From assembly GCF_000196355.1 (NCBI RefSeq), contig NC_007614.1, positions 1,950,001-1,982,000 of the forward strand: DNA of 32,000 nt, read 5' to 3'. Made by a program: the position numbers and the translations under genes. The stretch comes from Nitrosospira multiformis ATCC 25196 (GTDB taxonomy: Bacteria; Pseudomonadota; Gammaproteobacteria; Burkholderiales; Nitrosomonadaceae). The notes under the pieces were generated by a model that saw only the letters and a list, made by a program, of their open reading frames with translations, made no database searches and was not told where the DNA came from. Of this stretch, positions 1 through 9,440 are shown in pieces; position 1 is the stretch's first letter; every line of letters starts with the position of its first letter.

Positions 1-3000
1 ATGTTGGCGTTCTTCTCGCTGGCGATGATGGCACCCATTATCAGCATAATGATTATAAAGATGTATGGTCCGGAGATAGAGCAAGGGGCCTATGCTGATC
101 TGCAAACCATCGTGGATCTTAAGGCCGAGCAGATCGAACTCTGGCTTGCTGAACGGCATAACGACGCGGAGGCATTGCTGGCGAACCAGGCGCTTATCGA
201 GCAAGTAGTCGATCTCAAACGAAGAAGAAACGCGCATGAACTGGAGCTTATCCGTAATCGCCTGGAGGCAGTGCGGCAAGCCTACAGCTACGAGTCAGTG
301 ATATTGCTTGATGTCGAAAGCCGGCCTCTGCTCGTGTTAGGCGAAAAGCATGAATTGCCACCCATTACCCGCGAATTACTATCTACCGCGTTACGTTCGC
401 GCCAGATACAGAGTACCGATTTCTTTCTGGATGAAAACGGAAAACCTCTGCTGGATATTGCAGTGCCTCTGGTAGCGGAGACAACAAATAAGGAACCTGG
501 TGCCATTGTGCTCTTACGAGCGGATCTGGAGCAATTCCTTCTTCCACTCGTCGAGAAGTGGCCCCGTATCAGTTGCAGCGGAGAGATACTGCTTATCACC
601 CAGAAGAATGAAACCGTCAATTATCTTAATAAATTGCACCGCTTTCAGCGGACACATGGCACACATGGATATCATGCGCTCGCCAGGGACGAACTTGCTA
701 GCGCCATTGCCACCCGGGACGAAAAACAGGGGACGGTACATGGAATCGATTACCGGGGAGAGCAGGTGCTCGCGGCCTATCGACCCCTTACCGGGACCGG
801 TTGGCGTTTGCTTGCAAAAATCGACCAGAATGAAGTGCTGGCGCAGCTATGGACTCTTGTATTCTGGATGAGTGCCGTCATTCTCATTGCGGTTACTGCG
901 GTAAGCGTCGTGCTGCTGCTGTTATGGCGTCAACAGCAACGCGCCCACCAGCTGGCACTGATCATTCACACCGCGGATCAGGATCGCCTTCTCAAGTATT
1001 TCTATGACCTGCCATTCATCGGCATGGCGATTACCTCCCCCGATACCAAACGCTGGTTGCGCTTCAATAATCAGTTTTGCGAGATGATGGGATACTCAAC
1101 TGAGGAGTTGGCAAAAAAAAGCTGGATTGAGATAACTCATCCGGATGATGTCGCTAAAAGTACTGCCGAGCGCGAGCGCATCCTGAAAGGGGAGTCTGAA
1201 GGCTACGCGATGAACAAGCGCTTCATCCGTAAGGATGGCTCGATAATCTTCGCCAATGTGGATGTCAAATGTGTCCGCAGGGATGATGGCACGGTGCATT
1301 ATTTTGTTGCCATGATCCGGGATATTACCGAGCAAGAACGCCGGAAAACCGAGATTCTGGCAGCGCGACGCCAGCTCCAGGCCACGCTCGACGCCATTCC
1401 CGATTTACTGTTCGAGCTTGATGCAGACGGTTGTGTACACGCGTGGCATTCGGTCCGGCGTACCGAGTTTCCGACTGTGTCCGGTGAAAGCCTTGTAGGC
1501 AAAAAGGTCGCGGATTTTCTCCCCACCGGAGCAGTAGATATTATCCTGTCGGCATTGGCGGAGGCACAGGAGAAAGGGCTCTCCTCGGGGAAACAATTGG
1601 AACTTCGCCTTCCCGGCCGGGAAGACAAATGGTGGTTCGAGCTTTCCGTCTCGCGCAAGCATGTCGATTCCGCAGCGGGCCTTCGTTTTATCGTTCTTGC
1701 GCGTGATATTACGGAACGCAAGGCGTCAGAACAAAGAATACTGCATCTGGCGCATTACGATTCGCTCACCGGCCTGCCAAACCGCGCTCTGCTGGCGGAC
1801 CGGATGAGAGTGGCCATCAATCGTGCAGCGCGGCAAGCCAAACGCCTCGCTGTACTGTTCGTGGACCTCGATCGTTTCAAGGCAATCAATGATTCGCTTG
1901 GTCATGACGTTGGCGACCACCTTCTCAAGGTTGTGGCCGAGCGGATGCAAACCTCGATACGCAGCGTAGATACGGTAAGCCGGGTGGGAGGTGACGAATT
2001 TGTTGTGCTGCTGAACGAAATTGAAACCGCGGAGGATGCAGCTCGTGTGGCGCAAAAAATCATAGATGGTCTTTCACAACCGTACCAGATCGAAAAACAT
2101 GAACTGCTGCTGACCGGAAGCATTGGCATTTGCATCTATCCCGATAACGGCAAGGAACCGAATATCCTCCTGCGCAATGCGGATGCGTCCATGTATACAG
2201 CAAAGGAAGCTGGACACAACCGTTACCAGTTCTACTCAGAAGACATGACAGCGCGGGCGATCGAGCGACTCAGTCTGGAACATGATCTCCGGGGGGCGGT
2301 CGAACGCGGTGAAATGTTCCTGGTTTATCAGCCCCAGATCGAGCTTGGGACAAGCCGCGTTATCGGGGTGGAGGTGCTGATGCGCTGGCGTCATCCCGCC
2401 CGTGGATTGATTTCCCCTGTTCGCTTTATTCCCGTTGCCGAGGATACGGGACTGATTCTCTCGATCGGTGAATGGGGTTTGCGCGAATCGTGCAGGCAGG
2501 CGCAGCTATGGTACGAACGTGGACTGCTGAATGCGTGTATCTCGGTCAATGTTTCGGCAGTGCAATTCCGTCAGACTGATTTTGTCGGAATCATTGAAAA
2601 TGCACTTCAGGAGTCCGGTCTGGCGCCCACTAACCTGGAACTGGAACTTACTGAAAGCGCAGTGATGCAAGGGGCGGAACCTGCACTGAACAAGCTGCGC
2701 GAACTGGATGCGCTTGGGGTGAAAGTCGCCATCGACGATTTTGGCACAGGTTACTCAAGTCTCGCCTATTTACGGCAGTTTACGGTTGACCGCCTGAAAA
2801 TCGATCAATCATTCGTACGGGACGTGCCGGGGAACAATGATGCCGAAGCCATTGCAGCGGCAATCGTGGCAATGGGTCTCAACCTGGGCTTCCGTATCAT
2901 TGCCGAAGGCGTAGAAACGGAAGCGCAAGCGGAATTTCTCCAAAGTGTCTTATGCAAGGAAGGCCAGGGTTATCTTTTTGCGTGGCCTATGACTGCTATT

Positions 3001-3054
3001 GAGTTCGAGGCATGGATAGCCGGATGGCAAAACCGCGCAGGAAGCACGTCCTAG
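1..3054 (+). CDS. Membrane sensor c-di-GMP turnover protein: putative periplasmic sensor region, two PAS domains, GGDEF and EAL domains. The ORF is open at the window edge, so it may be 5'-partial.
   Basis: Two TM helices (LAFFSLAMMAPIISIMII and LWTLVFWMSAVILIAVTAVSVVLLLLW) flank a ~260-aa region. Two PAS-like blocks end in IRDITEQERRK and ARDITERKASEQ. The GGDEF motif is RVGGDEFVVLL. EAL-domain motifs are EVLMRW, DDFGTGYSSL, KIDQSFV, EGVETE and QGYLFAWP. Stop is TAG at 3052-3054. Confidence 0.9.
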   Translation: MLAFFSLAMMAPIISIMIIKMYGPEIEQGAYADLQTIVDLKAEQIELWLAERHNDAEALLANQALIEQVVDLKRRRNAHELELIRNRLEAVRQAYSYESVILLDVESRPLLVLGEKHELPPITRELLSTALRSRQIQSTDFFLDENGKPLLDIAVPLVAETTNKEPGAIVLLRADLEQFLLPLVEKWPRISCSGEILLITQKNETVNYLNKLHRFQRTHGTHGYHALARDELASAIATRDEKQGTVHGIDYRGEQVLAAYRPLTGTGWRLLAKIDQNEVLAQLWTLVFWMSAVILIAVTAVSVVLLLLWRQQQRAHQLALIIHTADQDRLLKYFYDLPFIGMAITSPDTKRWLRFNNQFCEMMGYSTEELAKKSWIEITHPDDVAKSTAERERILKGESEGYAMNKRFIRKDGSIIFANVDVKCVRRDDGTVHYFVAMIRDITEQERRKTEILAARRQLQATLDAIPDLLFELDADGCVHAWHSVRRTEFPTVSGESLVGKKVADFLPTGAVDIILSALAEAQEKGLSSGKQLELRLPGREDKWWFELSVSRKHVDSAAGLRFIVLARDITERKASEQRILHLAHYDSLTGLPNRALLADRMRVAINRAARQAKRLAVLFVDLDRFKAINDSLGHDVGDHLLKVVAERMQTSIRSVDTVSRVGGDEFVVLLNEIETAEDAARVAQKIIDGLSQPYQIEKHELLLTGSIGICIYPDNGKEPNILLRNADASMYTAKEAGHNRYQFYSEDMTARAIERLSLEHDLRGAVERGEMFLVYQPQIELGTSRVIGVEVLMRWRHPARGLISPVRFIPVAEDTGLILSIGEWGLRESCRQAQLWYERGLLNACISVNVSAVQFRQTDFVGIIENALQESGLAPTNLELELTESAVMQGAEPALNKLRELDALGVKVAIDDFGTGYSSLAYLRQFTVDRLKIDQSFVRDVPGNNDAEAIAAAIVAMGLNLGFRIIAEGVETEAQAEFLQSVLCKEGQGYLFAWPMTAIEFEAWIAGWQNRAGSTS

Positions 3055-3101
3055 CCGGGATATCCGAAAACGGCACCCAAAAGCGCGGTGGGTTTTGACT
3101 T

Positions 3102-3305
3102 TCAGTTCCTCTGATTGCTGCTTTTCTCCTTCGTGACCGGATTTTGTACCGTATACCCTTCCTCTTTCATTTTATAACCACCGTAGGCCCCCGCGCCGCC
3201 CGCCGCGAGTAGCAGGCAGCCCGACAGGGCCGGCGCCGCCAATAAGAATATCGCCAGATAGAACAGTTTCCGAACTCTCTTCACGCTATCTCCTGTGGTA
3301 GTCAT
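3102..3305 (-). CDS. Small putative lipoprotein (67 aa), family unknown
   Basis: Basic N-terminus (KRVRK), a hydrophobic core and the lipobox LSGC. These are followed by the Gly-rich AAGGAGAYGGY and a Lys/Glu-rich tail. Confidence 0.5.
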   Translation of the reverse strand: MTTTGDSVKRVRKLFYLAIFLLAAPALSGCLLLAAGGAGAYGGYKMKEEGYTVQNPVTKEKSSNQRN

Positions 3306-3574
3306 CGAAATCAGGGAAAGAAAAATAATATCTCGTGGTAATCACGAAGTCTGTACGATCGCAGACATTTGTCACCATGCGAACATAGTATACTGAAATT
3401 GCAAAGTCTCAGGGGTGGCCCGGGCGCTGCACCAGTTACAGAAGCGTGAGAGCTTCGGGTCGAGCCGACGATTAGCAGACCCCAGCACTCTTCGATGGAA
3501 ATAGGCTGGAGGCAAGCTTCTGGAAGCCGCACAAGGGATTACACAAGAAGAACTGATTGTACCTGGAGCCGAAA

Positions 3575-4447
3575 ATGAAATGGGAAGGTTATCGCCAAAG
3601 TAGTAACGTCGAGGATCGCCGAGGTTCGGGCAGCGCATTTGGACTGGGTGGCGGCAGAATCAGCGCCGGCGCGATTGTCATAGCGTTGATCGGTGGGTTG
3701 TTGTTCGGCATCGATCCTCTCACCATGCTCAGCGTGATCACCGGCGGAGGCAGCGGAGGCAACATGGTTCAGGAACAAGGTTCTGCACCCGCTGCGCCCC
3801 CGGGGGACATGCAGGCAGCCTTCGTTTCGACAGTCCTCGCCGATACCGAGGATGTATGGACGGGCCTGATGAGGCAGGAAAACAAAACTTATGAGCCGCC
3901 CAAGCTTGTGCTGTTTCGAGGTGCTGCTCTAACGGCGTGCGGGCAGGGAAGCGCGGCAATGGGTCCCTTCTACTGTCCGGAGGACCAGCGCATCTATATC
4001 GATCTGGACTTCTTCAATACGATGGCAAACCAGCTTGGAGCAGGAGGCGACTTCGCGCAGGCATACGTCATTTCGCACGAAGTCGGGCATCATGTACAGA
4101 ATCTCCTTGGCATCTCCGGTCAGGTGAATGCCGCGCGCGCTCGGTTGCCGCGCTCACAGGCGAATTCCTTGTCGGTACGTGTCGAATTGCAGGCGGACTG
4201 TCTGGCTGGGGTCTGGGCCTACCATTCGCAGCGTTCCAAGGGATGGCTGGAGCAAGGCGATATCGAAGAAGCAATGAACGCGGCAACGCAGATCGGCGAT
4301 GATACATTGCAGCGCAGGACACGCGGCACGATCGTGCCGGAAAGCTTCACGCATGGCACGAGCGCCCAGCGTACCGGCTGGTTTAAGCGGGGATTGCAAG
4401 CGGGAAACATGACGGATTGCAATACTCTTAGATCGGAAAAGCTGTAA
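3575..4447 (+). CDS. ypfJ: YpfJ-family putative neutral zinc metallopeptidase
   Basis: The N-terminus MKWEGYRQSSNVEDRRG is typical of YpfJ. It has one TM segment (ISAGAIVIALIGGLLFGI) and the HExxH motif HEVGHH. I chose the ATG at 3575 rather than the track start at 3557. Confidence 0.85.
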   Translation: MKWEGYRQSSNVEDRRGSGSAFGLGGGRISAGAIVIALIGGLLFGIDPLTMLSVITGGGSGGNMVQEQGSAPAAPPGDMQAAFVSTVLADTEDVWTGLMRQENKTYEPPKLVLFRGAALTACGQGSAAMGPFYCPEDQRIYIDLDFFNTMANQLGAGGDFAQAYVISHEVGHHVQNLLGISGQVNAARARLPRSQANSLSVRVELQADCLAGVWAYHSQRSKGWLEQGDIEEAMNAATQIGDDTLQRRTRGTIVPESFTHGTSAQRTGWFKRGLQAGNMTDCNTLRSEKL

Positions 4448-4478
4448 CCTTGCCTCAAGATTCACAGGGAGAACAATC

Positions 4479-4793
4479 ATGAGAGTTTCCGAGCTTAAGG
4501 GCGAACTGCTCGACTACTGGGTGGCAAAAGCCAACGATGTGGAAGAAGTGCATGTTATCGATTCCCACTGCGTAGTCAACCATCAACGCTGGGAACCCTC
4601 GGTAGACTGGTCTCAAGGAGGACCGATCATCGAAAGAGAAGGAATAAATCTCAGCCACAGCCTCGAACCGGATTCCGAGCATTGCACGGCTTTCATGCGA
4701 TCAGGCAGAAACCGGCAAAAGGGGTTTACTCCCCTGATTGCCGCAATGCGCTGTTATGTGGATTCCAAGTTTGGAGAAGAGGTTACGGACTAG
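4479..4793 (+). CDS. DUF2591-like small protein (phage-associated family)
   Basis: The N-terminus MRVSELKGELLDYWVAKA resembles my recollection of DUF2591 proteins. A GGGAGA Shine-Dalgarno lies 6 nt upstream of the ATG. Confidence 0.55.
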   Translation: MRVSELKGELLDYWVAKANDVEEVHVIDSHCVVNHQRWEPSVDWSQGGPIIEREGINLSHSLEPDSEHCTAFMRSGRNRQKGFTPLIAAMRCYVDSKFGEEVTD

Positions 4794-4873
4794 GATTGGG
4801 GAAATATAAAAAGGTGGAGGAAAAGAAAGATCTGCCAGGGAACATACGCGAGAGAGAACGGATCAAATAGCCT

Positions 4874-6511
4874 ATGGCCAAGTTCAAGCTGACACACCTG
4901 CTGCGCGAGATTCCCCATGAAACCGCGCGGGAGGATGCTTCTGCCAGAATCATGGCAGCCCAGGCGTTTTCGCGCGCCGCAGGCGCGCCTTTGGTGCATG
5001 GCAACAGCATCCGTCTCCTCAAGGATGCAAGCGAGAATTATCCTGCATGGCTCGACGCGATCCGGTCGGCTGAAAAGAACGTCTATTTTGAAAATTATAT
5101 TATTCGTAATGACATCATTGGCCAGCGATTTGCCGATGCCCTCATTGCGAAAGCAAAAGAAGGCATACGGGTAAGATTACTTTATGACTGGCTTGGAGGA
5201 TTGACTGAAACATCATCCAATTTCTGGCGCCACCTGAGCAATGGAGGTGTGGAAGTTCGATGCTTCAATCCGATGCGCTTTGACAGTCCCCTGGCCTGGT
5301 TGAGCCGGCTGCATCGCAAATCGGTCTGCGTGGATGACCGTGTTGCATTTGTCAGTGGATTATGCGTCGGGCAGATGTGGGATGGATACCCCGAGCGGAA
5401 TATTGCGCCCTGGCGGGATACGGGAGTCGAGCTGCGGGGGCCGGTGGTAGCGGACGTCATAAATTCCTTTGCGCGTGCATGGGCGGAGACGGGACCGGAA
5501 ATACCTGCGGATGAACTGCCTGCTCCCGATTCAATCCCGATTGCGGGTCACATCGATGTGAGAGTACTGGGAAACTTTGCTGCGACTGCGGGCTTATACC
5601 GACTGGAGCAGCTGATCACCGTGCTGGCGCAAAAAACGCTTTGGCTTACCGATGCCTATTTCGTTGGGACTACAAGTTATGTGCAAGCGTTGAGAGGCGC
5701 GGCAATGGACAATGTAGATGTCCGCTTGCTTGTTCCCGGGTCAAGCGGGGATCTCAAGTTTCTCAGGCCGATTTCGCGCGCCGGTTATCGTCCGTTGCTG
5801 GAAGCCGGCGTACGCGTGTTCGAGTGGAATGGCTCGATGCTGCACGCCAAGACAGCCGTTGCCGATGGGCGTTGGGCCCGCGTTGGCTCAAGCAATCTCA
5901 ATATGGCGAGCTGGCTGGGAAATTGGGAACTGGATATTGCGGTGGAAAACCTGGATTTTGCCCAGAAAATGGAGCAAATGTACCTGGAGGATCTGGAAAA
6001 TTCAACCGAAATCGTTCTCAATAAAAAGAACCGGGTTCGCCCCATAGTGGATCAACTTCCCCACCGCCCTCGCCGTCAGTACGGGGTTGTCAGGCGCCGG
6101 TCCGGAAGCGCGAGCAGGCTGACAGCCGGTGCCCTGCGTGTAGGCAATACTGTCGGAGCGGCTATCACCAGTCGACTCGTCCTGGGAGCTGCCGAGGCAA
6201 AAATCATGTTTTTCGGGGGGGTTACGCTGCTTGCTTTGACGGTCATTGCATTGTTGGAGCCCCTGCTCATGGTAATTCCTTTCTCGCTGCTTGCGGGATG
6301 GATCGGGATTTCACTGTTGATACAGGCGCACAGATTGCACAGGAACGGGCAGAATGATGCCGCAGCCCAGAATGCCAGTATTGCGTCCGATGAGGCTCAG
6401 GATAAAGTGATCGAGCTTCCCAACTCCGTGCGCGAAGGCCAGCAGCCCAAAGATATCCGGAAAGAAGCCCAGGAAACACAGGAAATTCAGAAAGCACTCA
6501 GGCAACAATGA
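4874..6511 (+). CDS. Phospholipase D / cardiolipin-synthase-like protein with two HKD motifs and a C-terminal two-TM plus charged-tail extension
   Basis: HKD motif 1 is [12 protein letters not shown] motif 2 is [20 protein letters not shown]. The C-terminal hydrophobic segments are [18 protein letters not shown] and [17 protein letters not shown], followed by a Gln/Glu/Lys-rich tail. Confidence 0.85.
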   Translation: MAKFKLTHLLREIPHETAREDASARIMAAQAFSRAAGAPLVHGNSIRLLKDASENYPAWLDAIRSAEKNVYFENYIIRNDIIGQRFADALIAKAKEGIRVRLLYDWLGGLTETSSNFWRHLSNGGVEVRCFNPMRFDSPLAWLSRLHRKSVCVDDRVAFVSGLCVGQMWDGYPERNIAPWRDTGVELRGPVVADVINSFARAWAETGPEIPADELPAPDSIPIAGHIDVRVLGNFAATAGLYRLEQLITVLAQKTLWLTDAYFVGTTSYVQALRGAAMDNVDVRLLVPGSSGDLKFLRPISRAGYRPLLEAGVRVFEWNGSMLHAKTAVADGRWARVGSSNLNMASWLGNWELDIAVENLDFAQKMEQMYLEDLENSTEIVLNKKNRVRPIVDQLPHRPRRQYGVVRRRSGSASRLTAGALRVGNTVGAAITSRLVLGAAEAKIMFFGGVTLLALTVIALLEPLLMVIPFSLLAGWIGISLLIQAHRLHRNGQNDAAAQNASIASDEAQDKVIELPNSVREGQQPKDIRKEAQETQEIQKALRQQ

Positions 6512-6847
6512 GAAGAACTGGTGGCGCGCAGGGGGAATTGAGTTTCTTCTGATCTCAATCGGCTTCAGGTTATTCCCCACCAAATCCTTTTTCTTGACCT
6601 CCAGATTCTCTTCCCGCCCCAAGTCCCTGCGCGGGCCCGGAAATCCTTCATCATCTCTTACTGCTACTTACGCCTGGATACCAACTGGGCGACCTGCAAG
6701 CTTGTCTGGATTCAACGACAGAAAAAATGCTTTAAGCTCATGCATTTGGTCGAACTTGTGGGATAAACGTCTCTGCGGGGGGACGACTATTCCGGTTAAA
6801 ACCGATCAAACCATCCTAATTAAATGATTCAAAACAATTATTATTTC

Positions 6848-6863
6848 TGGCATACAAATTGCT
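6848..6863 (+). promoter_or_regulatory. Candidate sigma-54 (-24/-12) promoter for the PEP-CTERM gene
   Basis: TGGCATacaaaTTGCT compared with the consensus TGGCAC-N5-TTGCW. The GG-to-GC spacing is exact (6850 to 6861, 11 nt). It lies ~100 nt upstream of the ATG at 6963 on the same strand. Confidence 0.55.
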
Positions 6864-6962
6864 AATTCCCTTAAAGCCGCGCTATTGCTGGGCTGCCTCC
6901 GGCAGTTTCCATTCTGGCCGGCTTTGAGGTTTATAAAATAATATGAAAATTGGAGAATTGGC

Positions 6963-7775
6963 ATGTTAAAAAAGAAAGAGGTTATACTTACCCTATTGGC
7001 ATTATTTGGACTGGTCGCGGAGTCTTCCGCGGCGGGTGGATCAGGAATTTCTGCGGGATTGGGAGTCGGATCAGGAGTGTCCGCGGGGCTCGCTTCTACG
7101 GAATCAGGAGCTTCTTCCAGCCTGGAAGCTTCTACCAATTCGGCAACCTTCACTGATCTGGGTATTTCTACGCAATCTGGAGCTTCCATTGCATTGGGAA
7201 CTTCTACGGACGTGGGAATCATTGTCGCTGCCACCTCAAGCTTAACGGCACTCGGTGCAAACAGTGGGGTAGATATAGCAGCCTCCACTGCCACACTCGG
7301 AACGAGCAAGGTAACGATCGATGCACCCGCAGTTGAAATTACGGGTAAGGTAGTCCCCACCCAGTCGCTGGAGACCACGAGTATGGTCACTGTAGGTGGG
7401 CCGGCCATTGATGCAACCAGCAGTGTAAGCGTGGGAGTGCCGAAACTCAAACTTGGCGCTGACGTGGATACATCAACTTCCACCGGAATCGCCGCGTTGA
7501 TCGGATCGACTGACGCAACTGCCAATGCCGATATATCTGCTGGACTTGATGTACATACCCTGCAAGCAAATGTAGGCGTTGCAAGTCAAGTAGATGGAGC
7601 TGCCGATTTGGGGGAAACCTTGGGAACCGGAGACATTCTTCCTGTCCATTCAAAACTGGCAGTCACTGCCGATGCAATTCCCGCTGTTCCGGAAGCCGAT
7701 ACTTACGCAATGTTGTTAGCAGGCCTCGGCCTCATGGGTTTCATGGTGAAGCGCAGAAGGGAAGCGCCGAACTAA
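6963..7775 (+). CDS. PEP-CTERM sorting-domain secreted protein, Ser/Thr/Gly/Ala-rich low complexity
   Basis: The signal peptide is MLKKKEVILTLLALFGLVAESSA. The C-terminus AVPEADTYAMLLAGLGLMGFMVKRRR has the PEP-like motif, TM helix and Arg cluster expected of PEP-CTERM. GGAG lies upstream of the ATG. Confidence 0.8.
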   Translation: MLKKKEVILTLLALFGLVAESSAAGGSGISAGLGVGSGVSAGLASTESGASSSLEASTNSATFTDLGISTQSGASIALGTSTDVGIIVAATSSLTALGANSGVDIAASTATLGTSKVTIDAPAVEITGKVVPTQSLETTSMVTVGGPAIDATSSVSVGVPKLKLGADVDTSTSTGIAALIGSTDATANADISAGLDVHTLQANVGVASQVDGAADLGETLGTGDILPVHSKLAVTADAIPAVPEADTYAMLLAGLGLMGFMVKRRREAPN

Positions 7776-7791
7776 AAACTGGCCAGTTTTT
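7774..7791. repeat. Perfect 18-bp palindrome overlapping the PEP-CTERM gene stop codon
   Basis: AAAAACTGG|CCAGTTTTT read directly. The A/U-rich stem would be weak as an RNA hairpin, so terminator function is doubtful. Confidence 0.4.
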
Positions 7792-7834
7792 CCCAAGCTT
7801 CTACTGGGTTTTTGAGTGGGAAAGCCTGCTTGGA

Positions 7835-7870
7835 GGAAGAGCGCGTTAAAATCAGCAGGGGCGCTCTTCC
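7835..7870. repeat. Inverted repeat with a 10-bp perfect stem (possible terminator or structure between convergent genes)
   Basis: GGAAGAGCGC (7835-7844) pairs with GCGCTCTTCC (7861-7870) across a 16-nt loop. No U-tract follows on either strand. Confidence 0.35.
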
Positions 7871-8000
7871 CCGCAACGAAATACCATCAAGCTCGCGATC
7901 GGATGAAAGAAGCAAGGTGATACTACACGGAGAACGTACATGCACTGTGCCTGATACAAGTCATGTGACAGAGGCATGAGAAACGTGGCAAGGATATGCC

Positions 8001-8354
8001 TTATTTCTTTTGGTCATGCAGAAATTCCGCCAGAACAACGGCATCGTTGTGCTCCTCGTCTTTGGCCCCATAGAGCAATGTAACAGCTCCCTTCTTTATT
8101 TCCTCCCTCAGTCGCGCCAACTGCTCATCATTCTCCTCGAGCTCGGCCCTATAACGTTTCTTGAACTCGGTCCACTTGTCCGGATCATGTCCGAACCATT
8201 TTCGAAGCCCGGCACTCGGCGCCAGTTCCTTCAACCAAATATCCACACCCGCTTTTGCTTTTGTCATCCCACGCGGCCAAAGCCTGTCAACCAGAATGCG
8301 AGTCCCATCGTTCTTGTGGGACGGTTCGTAAACCCTTTTGAGCTTCAGATTCAT
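8001..8354 (-). CDS. DUF488 family protein
   Basis: MNLKLKRVYEPSHKNDGTRILVDRLWPRGMTKAKAGVDIWLKELAPS matches the conserved DUF488 N-terminus. I therefore placed the start at ATG 8354, not at 8411. Confidence 0.8.
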   Translation of the reverse strand: MNLKLKRVYEPSHKNDGTRILVDRLWPRGMTKAKAGVDIWLKELAPSAGLRKWFGHDPDKWTEFKKRYRAELEENDEQLARLREEIKKGAVTLLYGAKDEEHNDAVVLAEFLHDQKK

Positions 8355-8663
8355 TCCTGCCTCGACCTCCCCTTGCGAAACATCAGTTTTCCAACCCGGT
8401 TTCTTCGGCACCTCTTCAAAAGCTTATCGCCAGCCTGAATGTCTCGCAGATACCTTCACTCCCACCTGGGAACAGAACGGAGAATAGTGATGACAGAGAA
8501 GCAGTCGGGAAGAGGTGCCAGCGGCGTGTTCCCACGCCCTCATATCGTGACCGGCACAACACTTCTCCGTGTCATTTTGGTAAATTCCACCCTGTATATG
8601 GCGCTTTAGTCAATTATGCGCCAATAAAACGTAGTGTTTCAATTTGATCGATAAGGAGAAAAA

Positions 8664-9155
8664 ATGGTACGAAAAAGATTTATGGTGGGAATGGCAGCAG
8701 CCACATTATTTTCCACAGCTTTTTGCGGAGTGGCAAAAGCAGAGCTCGTCGGTGAAGTGGATACTGCGTTCCGATGGCTGGGAAAGGATGATCGGGTAGT
8801 GATAGAAGCTTATGACGACCCCAAAGTGCGGGGTGTGACCTGTTACGTTTCCCGAGCCCGTACCGGCGGAATCAAAGGAACCGTAGGTTTGGCGGAAGAC
8901 AGGGCGGAAGCGTCGATCGCCTGCCGGCAGGTGAGCGACCCGATCGAGTTCCACGGCAAACTTCCTCGTCAGGAAGATGTGTTTACCGAACGCATGTCAA
9001 TTTTATTCAAGCGCCTTCACGTGGTCCGGGTGGTGGATTCGGCACGTAACGTGCTTATCTATCTGACATACTCTGACAGAATTATAGAAGGCAGTCCGCA
9101 AAACAGCGTTACGGCCGTTCCTGTCGGCCGGAATAATCCCATACCAATGAAATAG
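8664..9155 (+). CDS. creA: CreA family periplasmic protein
   Basis: A signal peptide is present, and the block VIEAYDDPKVRGVTCYVSRARTGGIKGTVGLAEDRAEASIACRQV closely resembles E. coli CreA. A strong AAGGAG RBS is present. Confidence 0.85.
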   Translation: MVRKRFMVGMAAATLFSTAFCGVAKAELVGEVDTAFRWLGKDDRVVIEAYDDPKVRGVTCYVSRARTGGIKGTVGLAEDRAEASIACRQVSDPIEFHGKLPRQEDVFTERMSILFKRLHVVRVVDSARNVLIYLTYSDRIIEGSPQNSVTAVPVGRNNPIPMK

Positions 9156-9273
9156 TCGGAAACCCGGCATTTCCAAACGGGGATTGGGCTCAACCGCTTC
9201 GGGTTAAGGGATGAAGGGGGTAAAAAAGAAAATTGATAAACCAGATGAAGCCAAGCTGAATAATAGAGAGTTG

Positions 9274-9289
9274 CGTACGCTAGCGTACG
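9274..9289. promoter_or_regulatory. Perfect 16-bp palindrome, candidate operator upstream of the CHRD gene
   Basis: CGTACGCT|AGCGTACG read directly. It lies ~150 nt upstream of the ATG at 9441 in an A+T-rich intergenic region. Confidence 0.3.
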
Positions 9290-9440
9290 GACGTAATGGC
9301 AAATACCCAATAAAATTAAGAGAGATTCTTCGTGTAGCGCAGCACTTTTCCCAGCGCTTCCGCCAGAAAAGTCAAAAGAAATGGCAGATCAATCCACAAC
9401 AACCAAACTGCATAATTCTATTTCTAGAGGAGGTAGTTCA

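Noticed and set aside
3311-3778. Three overlapping minus-strand ORFs (73-88 aa) upstream of and over the ypfJ 5' end
   Set aside because: They overlap each other and the well-supported ypfJ gene, and their Arg/Pro/Ser-rich products are typical of GC-rich off-frame translation.
6512-6847. Several small ORFs (6311..6622 minus, 6594..6827 plus, and a 25-codon MHELKAFFLSLNPDKLAGRPVGIQA) in the PLD/PEP-CTERM intergenic region
   Set aside because: None has an RBS or a motif. One overlaps the PLD gene's 3' end. They may be remnants of a lost gene, but that is unsupported.
6806-7525. 239-aa ORF antisense to the PEP-CTERM gene
   Set aside because: It is a shadow ORF produced by the low-complexity GC-biased codons of the sense gene. 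The sense strand has the signal peptide, PEP-CTERM anchor, RBS and sigma-54 promoter.
8490-8609. 39-codon ORF (MTEKQSGRGASGVFPRPHIVTGTTLLRVILVNSTLYMAL) with a GGAGA SD in the DUF488/creA intergenic region
   Set aside because: It is too short and featureless to call without conservation or expression data.
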